From IMG/VR virus record IMGVR_UViG_3300002220_000519, positions 1 to 64,000 of that record: a stretch of DNA of 64,000 nucleotides; one strand, 5' to 3'. Both the position numbers and the translations under genes were made by a program. Below the pieces are notes generated by a model. The model was not told the DNA's origin. It did no database searches and was given only the letters and a program-made list of their open reading frames with translations. This DNA is from a virus. Lineage: Duplodnaviria; Caudoviricetes. Positions 47,744 to 57,533 of this stretch are shown in pieces (the stretch's first letter is position 1; each line of letters opens with the position of its first letter).

Positions 47744-49570
47744 ATGTCAATAACTAAAATTCGTTCAAGCGCACAGTTCTTTGTGGATGCAGACTTAGCT
47801 ATAGGCACCCATAAAATTACTGGTGTAACAGACCCAACAGCCGCACAAGATGCAGCTACTAAAGCCTATGTAGATAGTAAAGTACAGGGCGTAGAGTGGC
47901 AAGATTCTGTACTAGATAAAGACTTGCTAACTCCTCCTGTGACGCCGACTACTGGTAACCGTTATATTATTAATGGTACTGGAACAGATGCTTGGGCTGC
48001 ACACGATTATGATATAGCAGAGTGGAGTGGAACTGCCTGGGTATTTACTGCAGAGCGAGAAGGCCTTGCTGCGTGGGTAGAAGATGAAAACATCATATAT
48101 ATTTACAATGGCACTACCTGGGTTAAGATGGCCGCGGTTTCTAACCACAATGACTTATCTGGCATATCAGGCGGCGCTTCTAATGACTACTACCACCTTA
48201 CTCAAGTCCAGCACACTGACTTGACAGATGGCGGCAATACTACTCTACACGCCCACAATATATACCTCCCTCTTACAGGCGGGACAATGTCTGGTGATAT
48301 CACTATGGCTGAGGATGGTCATATTGGTCTTACAAATGCGCTAGTACATTTTAACTCTAGTAGTTCTGTAGTAGAAGTTAATAATGCTTTAAGTGTTGGT
48401 ACGAGCCTTATAGTAAATGACGGCGGCGGTGACTACGATTCCCGTTTTGAGGGGCTCAATGACGAAAATTTAGTTTTTGTGGATGCTAGCGCAGATATGG
48501 TTGGTTTTGGTAAGAACAACCCAGGAACCAAAGTAGACGTCAATGGTACAATAACATCTACAGGGCTTGCTGTTACTGACTATATAAGATTTGATACCAC
48601 TACAGATACAACTACAGTTGGGTATCTTGCTGGAACTGTAAGTACAGGAAACGGCAATTCTTTCTTTGGTGAGAGGGCCGGTAATGCTAATACAACAGGA
48701 GAGGCTAATACAGCTATTGGTGTTGCGGCACTAGAGAACAACTCAGGTGGAAGTTATAATATAGGCATAGGCAGCAATTCAATTAACTCTAATATTTCCG
48801 GCAACAATAACCTGGCAATAGGTGTAAATACGCTGCGCTATACTACTTCAAGTGATAATGTGTCTGTAGGTCACGCCTCTACTTATTTAACTAGCACCGG
48901 CTCTTCTAATACTGTAGTCGGTGTACAAGCTCTTTATTATAGCACAGTAGGCAGTAAAAATGCTATATTTGGTTATAGAGCGGGCCACGGTGTAACTAGC
49001 AACTCGTTTAGTAACAATGCATTATTTGGTTATGGCGCTGGTATCGCGTTGACAACAGGTTCTAATAATATTTTCTTAGGTTATCAGGCCGGTGATGCCA
49101 CCACTGCTGGCTCTGGAAACATTGTAATAGGTTATGATATTGATACACCGCTGGCAACAGATAGCAATAAACTAAACATAGGCGGAGCTATAACAGGAGA
49201 TTTAAGTACAGGCGCCCTTTCCATATTTGGACAACTTGCCTCAACCTTGGCTATTGGCACCTCCCCATTTTCAATTACATCTACTACAGTAAATACTAAT
49301 CTTAATGCTGATTTGCTAGACGGTAAACACGCAGCTGACCTTCTATTAGTAACAGGTTTTGTAAATCGTGAAGTTCCTTCTGGCCTTAAGAATGGCTCTA
49401 ACGTAACTTATACTTTAGCAAATACACCAACATCAGGTACCGAAATGCTTTACCTAAATGGTATTTTACAGAATGCGGGCGGAGAGGACTATACCATTAC
49501 AACTAATACAATTACAATGACATCGGCGCCTATATCTACTGATGTCTTACTATGCACTTATTGGAAGTAA
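47744..49570 (+). CDS. Tail fibre/adhesin (DUF2793-like region + YadA-like repeats)
   Basis: DAATKAYVD; TPPVTP..GNRYII...W; repeated N.AIG..AL..N. Confidence 0.75.
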   Translation: MSITKIRSSAQFFVDADLAIGTHKITGVTDPTAAQDAATKAYVDSKVQGVEWQDSVLDKDLLTPPVTPTTGNRYIINGTGTDAWAAHDYDIAEWSGTAWVFTAEREGLAAWVEDENIIYIYNGTTWVKMAAVSNHNDLSGISGGASNDYYHLTQVQHTDLTDGGNTTLHAHNIYLPLTGGTMSGDITMAEDGHIGLTNALVHFNSSSSVVEVNNALSVGTSLIVNDGGGDYDSRFEGLNDENLVFVDASADMVGFGKNNPGTKVDVNGTITSTGLAVTDYIRFDTTTDTTTVGYLAGTVSTGNGNSFFGERAGNANTTGEANTAIGVAALENNSGGSYNIGIGSNSINSNISGNNNLAIGVNTLRYTTSSDNVSVGHASTYLTSTGSSNTVVGVQALYYSTVGSKNAIFGYRAGHGVTSNSFSNNALFGYGAGIALTTGSNNIFLGYQAGDATTAGSGNIVIGYDIDTPLATDSNKLNIGGAITGDLSTGALSIFGQLASTLAIGTSPFSITSTTVNTNLNADLLDGKHAADLLLVTGFVNREVPSGLKNGSNVTYTLANTPTSGTEMLYLNGILQNAGGEDYTITTNTITMTSAPISTDVLLCTYWK

Positions 49571-49574
49571 TACA

Positions 49575-52058
49575 ATGGCGATAACTAGACCAAGAGCAGA
49601 CCAAATAGGTTCTGGTAATATTGTAAATACAGAGTTCGAGTTTATTGATACTCTGGACCAGAACATAGGTAAAGATGATAGTGTACAGTTTGCTGGCCTT
49701 ACCATCACCCCCTCCAGTGGAACAACTGCAGCTATTATCAACTCTAATAGTGAAGATTACGATACTATCATCCGCGGAGATACAGATGACAATCTATTAT
49801 TTGTCAATGCTGGTACAGATAGAGTTGGCTTTGGCCTAAATAATCCGGCAGCAAAAGTTGACATCTACCACGCTACAACAGCCGATGCAGCCACTGTCTA
49901 TGACACAGTTTTACAATCTTCAGTAAACACCAACTCTATAAACGCTGGGGTTGCTAATAACTATGGTTTTACAGGACAAGCATATGGTGGTTCTGATGGT
50001 GCGGGTTCTTCTACAGTAAACATTGGTGGTAACTTTAATGCCTTTGGTGCTGTCGGAACAAATAGCGGTTTAGTATCAAACAGAGCAATACAATGTTGGG
50101 CTGCTAATGGAGACTCAAACTACGCTATCTATGTATCTGCTGGCGATATTTACTCTGAGGCTGGAAATTTAAGTTTAGTGTCTGGTGGTATTAATGTAAG
50201 TACATCAGTAGTAGCTGGAACATACCTAAGAGCTCCTGACATTAACTCGGTAGGTAATACTAACTTAAAATTCAATATTGGTGGATACCCCAATGAAACA
50301 TGGGTATATACAGATGCGACAAACCACAACGATGAAGTACTGTGGACGCGTAGAACATGGAAAGGTGATGTTAGGGTTTCAAAGACAGACTCTATTGGAA
50401 GTATAACTGAGTCTGCCGGAACTTGCTATGGGTACTACCCATACTTTAATGACTCTAGCTACTATGGTGGTGCTTATGATGGTGGCCAGCTGTATATTCC
50501 GCATATAGCAAACGGACTAGTGTTCTGCGACAATGACAGCCCGTATAATATCTGGGCGGCATTTGATGGAACTACAGGGTACCTTCTACTAGATAATGAC
50601 CCCTGGAACATGATTCACGCTAGGTATAAGCTAGATGTGAACGGTACGCTGCGCCTTCAAGGAACGAACCAACTAGCTTTCGGAGGAGATACAACCTCTG
50701 ACCGCAGTTCCTATATCTATGACGATGGAACAGCCATAATAGTAAACAGTCACGGAACTGACCAAATAACTATGGGTGTTCCTGGCGAGCCGTTAAGAAT
50801 CAAGGGTAGTGCCGGACAGTGTGTTGGATTTTGGAATAGTTCAGATGCCCTAATGGGGTTGATTGGAGACATCTGGAACAACGGGCAAATGACTGTACTG
50901 TCCAACACTGCGCCAATCGTACTATATACAACCGGGGCCAAATTAGAAGCTACCCCGGCTGGAAGTGTTGGGATAGGAACTGTAAACGAAGCAATACCTG
51001 CCGGCTTGTTTTGTGTGTTTCAGCCTACTGCCTGTGTTGGGACTGTCTCTACTGCCGAAACTACTGCCCTTATTGGCGTTGGAACCCACTTTGATACAAC
51101 GTTAAAAGCCGGAGACACTATTACAGTTGACGGAGAGACCGTAAGAACGGTGGCCTCGGTAACTGACGCTACTAATCTGGACGTGACAGTTGCTTTCGAT
51201 AATACCGCCTCAGATAAAACATATACTACTGGAGGCGGAATACGTTTTCAAGTAAATGGTAACGGGACTATATATGCTGGAGCTGCTGGCGCTCCTTTGT
51301 ATACTTACGGTTCTGCTGTATTTAATGAAAGCGGCGGAGATAACGACTTTACTGTTAAAGGAGATACAGACGACCACCTGCTCTGGTGCGATGCCGATGA
51401 AGACGCGGTATGGAGCGGAGCTACTAGCAATCCTTACGGCGGAACACAGAAGTGGTATATTCAGGAGTCCTCAAAAAACGCTTGCGTTAGGTGTGTTTGC
51501 ACTTCTGACACTTGGGCTTATGGGCTATCAGCTTTAGCCGGGCACTCTAATGACGGTGTAACTGGTTACTGCGTTGGCTTTAACGCACAGGCTTCTTCAC
51601 ACGCCTCTAACTCTGGAGAAGGAAACAGCATTGGAGCGAATCTTGTTGCTAACGGTGTTGCTGATGGTTCTGGCTCTACAGTATATAATAAAGGTATAAG
51701 CGCTACTGCAAACGGAGAGCCAACAAATAGCGGCACAATCGTCAACTACGGTGGTTATTTTTCGGCCACAGGTGGAACCACAAACTACGGCGTGTATATC
51801 CAAGCTGGCGGTCTTACGATTGAGTCTGGCGATATTGTCGTATCGTCTGGAGACGTTAAGTTATCTGGAGTCATAAAAATTGACAACGTTCAGATTCTAA
51901 AAGAACAGCAGTCTCACATAGCTGACTTAAAGACCGACTACACTACTGGAGACTTGGATACAGAAGCTGAGTTAATAACTGCCCTTAACACAACTAACGG
52001 AAAAATCAACGCTATTCTGGCCATGTTAGAAACTCACGGTCTGGTAGCGAGCTCTTAG
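49575..52058 (+). CDS. Long fibre protein with a head-fibre-like C-terminus
   Basis: Repeated RGDTDD.LL modules; KINAILAMLETHGLV; start trimmed to MAITRP. Confidence 0.7.
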   Translation: MAITRPRADQIGSGNIVNTEFEFIDTLDQNIGKDDSVQFAGLTITPSSGTTAAIINSNSEDYDTIIRGDTDDNLLFVNAGTDRVGFGLNNPAAKVDIYHATTADAATVYDTVLQSSVNTNSINAGVANNYGFTGQAYGGSDGAGSSTVNIGGNFNAFGAVGTNSGLVSNRAIQCWAANGDSNYAIYVSAGDIYSEAGNLSLVSGGINVSTSVVAGTYLRAPDINSVGNTNLKFNIGGYPNETWVYTDATNHNDEVLWTRRTWKGDVRVSKTDSIGSITESAGTCYGYYPYFNDSSYYGGAYDGGQLYIPHIANGLVFCDNDSPYNIWAAFDGTTGYLLLDNDPWNMIHARYKLDVNGTLRLQGTNQLAFGGDTTSDRSSYIYDDGTAIIVNSHGTDQITMGVPGEPLRIKGSAGQCVGFWNSSDALMGLIGDIWNNGQMTVLSNTAPIVLYTTGAKLEATPAGSVGIGTVNEAIPAGLFCVFQPTACVGTVSTAETTALIGVGTHFDTTLKAGDTITVDGETVRTVASVTDATNLDVTVAFDNTASDKTYTTGGGIRFQVNGNGTIYAGAAGAPLYTYGSAVFNESGGDNDFTVKGDTDDHLLWCDADEDAVWSGATSNPYGGTQKWYIQESSKNACVRCVCTSDTWAYGLSALAGHSNDGVTGYCVGFNAQASSHASNSGEGNSIGANLVANGVADGSGSTVYNKGISATANGEPTNSGTIVNYGGYFSATGGTTNYGVYIQAGGLTIESGDIVVSSGDVKLSGVIKIDNVQILKEQQSHIADLKTDYTTGDLDTEAELITALNTTNGKINAILAMLETHGLVASS

Positions 52059-52061
52059 GCC

Positions 52062-52090
52062 TTGACTTTAGTACAGATTTATGGTATAAT
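52062..52090 (+). promoter_or_regulatory. Sigma-70-type promoter
   Basis: TTGACT-17 nt-TATAAT with extended TG. Confidence 0.8.
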
Positions 52091-52306
52091 TGGGTAACTT
52101 AATGAGGAGGAGGAGGAACATGGAGAACTTAGTAATTACAGGTAGCGAAAAGACAATTAAGAATGCTGTTCTATTCTTAGAGCGAGCATCCCTACACGGT
52201 AACGAAGTAGTAGCATTTAACGAAGTGCTTAATATGATACTGGCTGCCAAACCTTTATCTAAGTTTGTAGCAGAGTTACCAAAAGAACCAAAGGTATAGG
52301 TCTACT

Positions 52307-52380
52307 GCGGCCCTAGCACAATGGTAGTGCATTAGCTTGCCATGTTAACTACATGGGTTCGATTCCCATGGGCCGCTCCA
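52307..52380 (+). tRNA. tRNA-Gly(GCC)
   Basis: Cloverleaf; TTAGC-TTGCCAT-GTTAA; CCA. Confidence 0.92.
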
Positions 52381-52611
52381 TAACTTAAGGAGCCGTAATG
52401 TTTAAACGTGCATCTGTAGACAAGAATAACGTACATTGGATAACTGTTACTTGCTCTGTTTGTCATAAAGAGGAAACATTTGGAACTACAGCCTCTTGGA
52501 CAGATGAAGAGATAACTGGTCTTATATCAAGATTTGGCTGGTCACAAAACCCAGAAGTGTGTACTAGATGTAAGCGTAAACAAGAGCAGATACCATAATT
52601 TAGGACAGATT

Positions 52612-53097
52612 ATGCCAATTTGCAAAAAATGTGGTAGTCATTTTACATGGCGAATTATTATAGACGGAAAAAAGCGACTACTAGCAAAACGAAAATATTG
52701 TCTAGTATGTTCACCTTTTGGCCAGCACAACACACGTCGACTATGTAACTGTAGTGAAACATCGTGTGGACTGCATACAGAGAGAATGTGCCCACAGTGT
52801 GGAAAGCCTACTCATAAACTGAGAGGGGTTTGTGGAAGTTGTGATGTAACCAATTTTAGAAAACGACGTCGCGAAGCTTCTATAGCGTATAAGGGCGGTA
52901 GATGTGTTGCATGTGGTTATGATAGATGTCACGATTCATTAGAGTTTCATCATCGAGACCCAAGTAAAAAGAGTTTTGGCCTTAGTGTTGGTATTCCACA
53001 TACTGAAGAAAAGGAAATATCCCATATAATAAAGGACATAAGACTGGAAGACATAAGTCATGGGACATTAGCTACCCACTTGAGTCTGTTTTTGTAG
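52612..53097 (+). pseudogene. HNH endonuclease, C-terminally truncated or fused
   Basis: CVACGY..C..SLEFHHRDP.KKSFGLS present; final CANCH motif absent. Confidence 0.65.
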
Positions 53098-53336
53098 AAA
53101 ATTCCACTTACCCGCGGCATAGTCTTAAAAAACGAATTATAGACAATAGTTTGCCACCAGTTCGTTGCGCTATTTGTGGTAGTGAGCCGCTGTGGCTAGG
53201 AAAACCAATGCCACTAATATTAGATCATATCAATGGAATAAACAACGACAATAGGTTAGAAAATCTACGATTCGTGTGTAGTAACTGTGACTCACAGTTA
53301 CCAACATACAAAGGCAAGAACAGAAAGTATAAGTAG
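53007..53336 (+). pseudogene. Second HNH endonuclease lacking its N-terminus/start codon
   Basis: Open frame from 53007: IPYNKG...PLESVFVENSTY...CAICG...LILDHINGINNDNRLENLRFVCSNCDSQ. Confidence 0.65.
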
Positions 53337-53348
53337 GCACTCGTTAAT

Positions 53349-53439
53349 AGAAGCGTGGGTGAGTGGTTAAAACCAACGGCTTTGAAACCCGTAGGTCTCT
53401 TATTAAGACCCGAAAGTTCAAATCTTTCCGCTTCTGCCA
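53349..53439 (+). tRNA. tRNA-Ser(UGA)
   Basis: Long variable arm; TT-TGA-AA loop; G73; CCA. Confidence 0.9.
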
Positions 53440-53450
53440 ATAGAATCTTT

Positions 53451-53479
53451 TTGAAAATCACAAGTATTTGTGGTATAAT
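53451..53479 (+). promoter_or_regulatory. Sigma-70-type promoter
   Basis: TTGAAA-17 nt-TATAAT with TGTG extension. Confidence 0.8.
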
Positions 53480-53504
53480 TAGATACAACAACTAAGGAGA
53501 TAAA

Positions 53505-53993
53505 ATGGCTGTAACAACTACTCCAGTAGCGCTAAAGCCAAACACGCCAGACCGCCTAGCGCTAACCAACAAAGCAAAAGCTATAACACCGTGGCCAACC
53601 TTTTCTTGGAGATGTGCTGAACCTGATACAATTGAGTACTTTTCATTAAGAATACTTAGACTTGGACCACTGGACCCTATACTAGTTGCTGAGTATCAGA
53701 TAACAGATGGTGAGGTGCGCGTATATAAACCATTTGAGGCTATTCCTGCGTGTTTACCTCCAGCCTCATCTACCCCAGACTATCTGTCCAACTATTATTC
53801 TTGGTCAATATGTGCTAAAGCCACAGATAAAGACGAAAGTCCTTATAGTAATAGCCAGACATTCTATGTTAGTGACGCTATTACACTATTAGTTTCAAAA
53901 GAGACACTTTCGAAAACTGTAACACGTGATGGTGAAACAAGAAGGCTAAAGAGTAAGAGCACAGTACGTAGGCCAGCTACTAGATCAGACTAA
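53505..53993 (+). CDS. Hypothetical protein (possible Ig/Fn3-like)
   Basis: AAGGAG RBS; PTFSW...YSWSICAK. Confidence 0.5.
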   Translation: MAVTTTPVALKPNTPDRLALTNKAKAITPWPTFSWRCAEPDTIEYFSLRILRLGPLDPILVAEYQITDGEVRVYKPFEAIPACLPPASSTPDYLSNYYSWSICAKATDKDESPYSNSQTFYVSDAITLLVSKETLSKTVTRDGETRRLKSKSTVRRPATRSD

Positions 53994-54155
53994 TGGATGA
54001 AGCAGATAAACTAGCATTTGATATTTTCGCCATTGAATTCGCTATAGACGATATGCGACGCCAGGCTGTGCAGGCCCGCAAGGATAACCAGCCCTTCATC
54101 GTTACCTTATCTTGGGACGGTAATGATCTAGACAATAAATTTAAGCTTACAAAAC

Positions 54156-54240
54156 GGTGGGATGGCCGAGAGGTTTAAGGCGCCGCTCTGCTAAGGCGGA
54201 AATCATTCGTGATTCCAAAGTTCGAATCTTTGTCCCACCG
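54156..54240 (+). tRNA. tRNA-Ser(GCU)
   Basis: GGTGGGA/TCCCACC acceptor; CCGCT-CTGCTAA-GGCGG; long variable arm. Confidence 0.9.
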
Positions 54241-54254
54241 CAGTTAGGAGAACT

Positions 54255-54806
54255 ACGGGGCAAGTACGCTGTGACATATGTAGATCTTTTGGGTCTAGTA
54301 TAAAAGCATCATGTTTTACACTGTGTTCTAAGTGTATCAGTAGAGTAAAAGTTACAAAAGACTATGTTTACAGGACAAAGGTATATAATCGTAGTAAAAC
54401 TCAAGCCTCTGCTAGAACTGCACTGAAGAAGCTTGTTTCACCTGTCTTAGAGGAAGTTTACTTTTCTTGGTCGCGAAACCCTGAGACACAAGCAATGCTA
54501 CCATATGATTTTTATCTACCATCTCTTAATTTAGTAATTGAAATACAAGGCGCAGAGCACTATGAGTTTATACCAGTATTTCATGGAACTGAACAGGGAT
54601 TTATAAATAGACAGCTAATAGACCATCTAAAAGAAAGCTTTGCTGAAGATAATGACTATAATTATCTTGCAGTTGATGGGAGACAAACCATAACAAAGCT
54701 ATCCCTTGTACACCTATTAAAAGAGTGGACACAGCATGCTAAATTTAGACGAAGCTTACCAACTAGCCGAAAGACTGGACGACTCTACGGCGCCGAAATG
54801 GACTAA
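54255..54806 (+). CDS. PD-(D/E)xK (DUF559/Vsr-like) endonuclease with N-terminal Zn finger; apparent ACG start
   Basis: LPYDFYLPSLNLVIEIQGAEHY; frame open back to an ACG after AGGAG. Confidence 0.7.
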   Translation, partial: TGQVRCDICRSFGSSIKASCFTLCSKCISRVKVTKDYVYRTKVYNRSKTQASARTALKKLVSPVLEEVYFSWSRNPETQAMLPYDFYLPSLNLVIEIQGAEHYEFIPVFHGTEQGFINRQLIDHLKESFAEDNDYNYLAVDGRQTITKLSLVHLLKEWTQHAKFRRSLPTSRKTGRLYGAEMD

Positions 54807-54887
54807 AGAAGGCGACTGTAGAAAACTACTAGATAATGTTAAGTTTTTTGTCGATCATTTTGGAAGGAACTGCCCAACAGCACAAAA

Positions 54888-55706
54888 ATGCCTGACTTTA
54901 TTAAACCAAGAATTGAAACACTCGCAACAATAGACGGTGCCGAGGAGATTTCAAGGATAGCCGCAGATGAAGAGGAAATAACACTGATGCAGGCTGTCAA
55001 GGAGTTTCCTGGGCTTGCTGCATTTGAGTACCTCCCACCCGCGTACTTAGAAAACTATAGACTTCAGCGCTATGAGGCAAAGAAATTAGTTGATCAGATT
55101 ACACTTCGGGTTGTACGTACTAGTAGTGCTGTACCAATGTTATGCACTGGCCCTGCGTGTCAAGTACGCCATATTTGTTCGTTGAGGGAAGTACGTGAGC
55201 CAAATAAGACCTTTGAGTTCCCAACTGGGTCTCCTTGCCCAGTTGAGGCTAGTCTAATAGAGCTATGGCGTACTGATTATTATAGAACGCTTAAAATTGA
55301 TCTACAGGATAAGATAGAACGCGACCGGATTGAGGAACTTCTTGAGATTGACCTAACTATGTGGTATATAGCCGGTGTTGTTGCCGCAAAAGGGCATACA
55401 ATAGAGAGTACAGTTGGAGCTACCAGTTCTGGTATGCCACTATTTAAAACAGAACTAAACCCTCTTCTTGACGCTAAGGATAGGGCAGCTAAGCGTAAAG
55501 ATAAAATATTAGATGAATTAATTGCAACTAGAGAAGCCAAAGAGAAATCCATGCTACGTAAAGCTAAAGCCCAACTAATGGATAAGACAAATAAGGATTG
55601 GTTTGCACAATTAGAGAAAAAGGCGGTGGCTGGTGGGATTGAAATAGTTAAGTCACCCGTTGAAATAGCTGAGGCCGCCAAACAAATACCGGAGAAAACT
55701 GAATAA
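54888..55706 (+). CDS. Putative terminase small subunit
   Basis: Cys cluster (CTGPAC...CPVE) plus helical tail; position upstream of terL; inferred only. Confidence 0.4.
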   Translation: MPDFIKPRIETLATIDGAEEISRIAADEEEITLMQAVKEFPGLAAFEYLPPAYLENYRLQRYEAKKLVDQITLRVVRTSSAVPMLCTGPACQVRHICSLREVREPNKTFEFPTGSPCPVEASLIELWRTDYYRTLKIDLQDKIERDRIEELLEIDLTMWYIAGVVAAKGHTIESTVGATSSGMPLFKTELNPLLDAKDRAAKRKDKILDELIATREAKEKSMLRKAKAQLMDKTNKDWFAQLEKKAVAGGIEIVKSPVEIAEAAKQIPEKTE

Positions 55707-56368
55707 TGCCTAATACTAGTGGCATAGCTGGTAGTTGGTTTAGTGCATTTAGGCCAGCAAACTTTAAGCCGTTTCTTACCGACGTTGCTTCTAGGTGGGC
55801 TAATGATGAAAGTAAAGCGTCGTTCTGGAAGTATGCTAAGGCGCGATCTATGAAGTGGCTTAGCGACGCAACCCATTTTGAAAAGTTTCTTGCGACTGAA
55901 GCTGCCACTGCGTGGATGGGCCCCGTAGGTGAGGGTATTCAGTTAAACATGTTGCACAAACTTGGTGTAACTGGAACAAGTACCTCGTTAAAGGGGGCAC
56001 AAGGTTTAGCTGTAGGAGCTTTAACCGCTACAGCATATGCAGGTGTTGGTTTAGGAATATATCGGGGTGTCCGTAGTGCTCTTGTAACCGAGGAAAAAGA
56101 ACCCCCGCGCTACAATGCAATGTATAGCAAGATGCATGCTATGAATTATGGCCAACCGTTCTTTGGGTCTGGCGCTAAAACTAAAGATATATTAGAATAT
56201 GGAGAGATGGCACTACGACGATTATCGGGTGCCAGCAGTGCAAAGCGTACAGTTACAATTAACCCGCAACTTGGTGGTCTTCCACAGACGTTAAACCGAG
56301 ACGCAAACACCCATCATCTTATTGGCCGGGCAGCTCAAGACTTCAACGCCAGGTTATTTAGGTTTTAA
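55706..56368 (+). CDS. Gly/Ala-rich protein, possible internal virion protein
   Basis: One TM-like segment; coupled translation. Confidence 0.5.
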   Translation: MPNTSGIAGSWFSAFRPANFKPFLTDVASRWANDESKASFWKYAKARSMKWLSDATHFEKFLATEAATAWMGPVGEGIQLNMLHKLGVTGTSTSLKGAQGLAVGALTATAYAGVGLGIYRGVRSALVTEEKEPPRYNAMYSKMHAMNYGQPFFGSGAKTKDILEYGEMALRRLSGASSAKRTVTINPQLGGLPQTLNRDANTHHLIGRAAQDFNARLFRF

Positions 56369-56370
56369 TT

Positions 56371-57525
56371 ATGGCTTATACTCAAGAGGAAAAGAGGAAT
56401 AGCGGCGGCCTTGGTGCCGGTCTATCCCTTTTAGGGATTGCTGGACTAAGTGCGCACTATGGTGTACCCGCACTAGATAAGTGGGCGGCCGGTGGAAGAA
56501 GACGCACTGTATCTTGGCCTGGTCTACGTAATTTGCCTCGAATGGCAAGAGACGCCGCTGTAGGTGGTGCTTTTGGTGCGAGAATGAATCTTGATTCAGC
56601 TACACGCTCTGCAATGGGAGCCGGGATCCGCGGCCGCGATTTTGCTATCGGGGTGGGCCGGAGCGCCGCCGCAGGTTATAGGCGCGCCGGAGAACTTGTA
56701 GGTGATGTAGGGCGTGGAATCTATTCTGCTGGCCTTGGTGCCGCCAATATATATAATAGAGGAATGGAGCGCCTAGACGATGCGGGCCGGTGGGTCAATT
56801 ACGCCGGTACTGGTGCTATAAACGCTGCTAGGGCGCTACCACAAAATACTATGCGGCTGGCTAGCCGTGTCGGTAAGCGTGCTTCAGCTGCCGCGAAAGG
56901 GAACTGGAAGTCGACCGTAACTGGTTGGAAAGCATCACTAAATAGAATTAAGGGGGTGCCTAGTTTAGCTAGTCGCGCTGTTCGTTCTGGAATTAGTAGT
57001 TTTGGTAGAGCAACTAGAGCAGCAGTAGCAGGACCGCAGTGGCCAACGACTGCACAGCTACGTAATGTAGCGTACTCTAGGGCAAATATGACTGGAGCTG
57101 GCGTACTTAATAAAATAAGTGATAGTGTGGCTTCCGCCGGCCGGGGAGCAGTTAGTGCGTTTACTAAGTCAGCACTATGGAAAGGCGGCTCGTTTAGTTT
57201 CGGTGGCGGCGCAAATATTGGAAGACAACTCGTTTCTGGGGCAGCCAAGGCCCCACTAGCCGGGGTAGGCTTAATGGGTAGTAAGGGGTTTGCGATCGGT
57301 GGTGCTATTGCAGCAGCCGGACTTGGTATTGTTGCTGGTGCATCCATGGCAATGTTGGCAGTAAACCCGCGTATGGGAAGAGGGACTGCATATTCTCCAC
57401 CGATGCAATCTGTTGGCGCTGGTACTCCATTTTTTGCCGCAGCACGTGGCCCAATGCCATCAAATAATTTAGGTACTGCTGGTCTTACCCAGGCGTTGTA
57501 CAACACCCGCCACAAGCAGCACTAG
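56371..57525 (+). CDS. Gly/Ala/Arg-rich protein, possible ejection/pilot protein
   Basis: Low-complexity amphipathic with two TM-like segments. Confidence 0.5.
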   Translation: MAYTQEEKRNSGGLGAGLSLLGIAGLSAHYGVPALDKWAAGGRRRTVSWPGLRNLPRMARDAAVGGAFGARMNLDSATRSAMGAGIRGRDFAIGVGRSAAAGYRRAGELVGDVGRGIYSAGLGAANIYNRGMERLDDAGRWVNYAGTGAINAARALPQNTMRLASRVGKRASAAAKGNWKSTVTGWKASLNRIKGVPSLASRAVRSGISSFGRATRAAVAGPQWPTTAQLRNVAYSRANMTGAGVLNKISDSVASAGRGAVSAFTKSALWKGGSFSFGGGANIGRQLVSGAAKAPLAGVGLMGSKGFAIGGAIAAAGLGIVAGASMAMLAVNPRMGRGTAYSPPMQSVGAGTPFFAAARGPMPSNNLGTAGLTQALYNTRHKQH

Positions 57526-57533
57526 GAGCATAG

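Noticed and set aside
55280-57515. Long minus-strand ORFs 55280..55876 and 56799..57515
   Set aside because: Antisense shadows of well-packed plus-strand genes.
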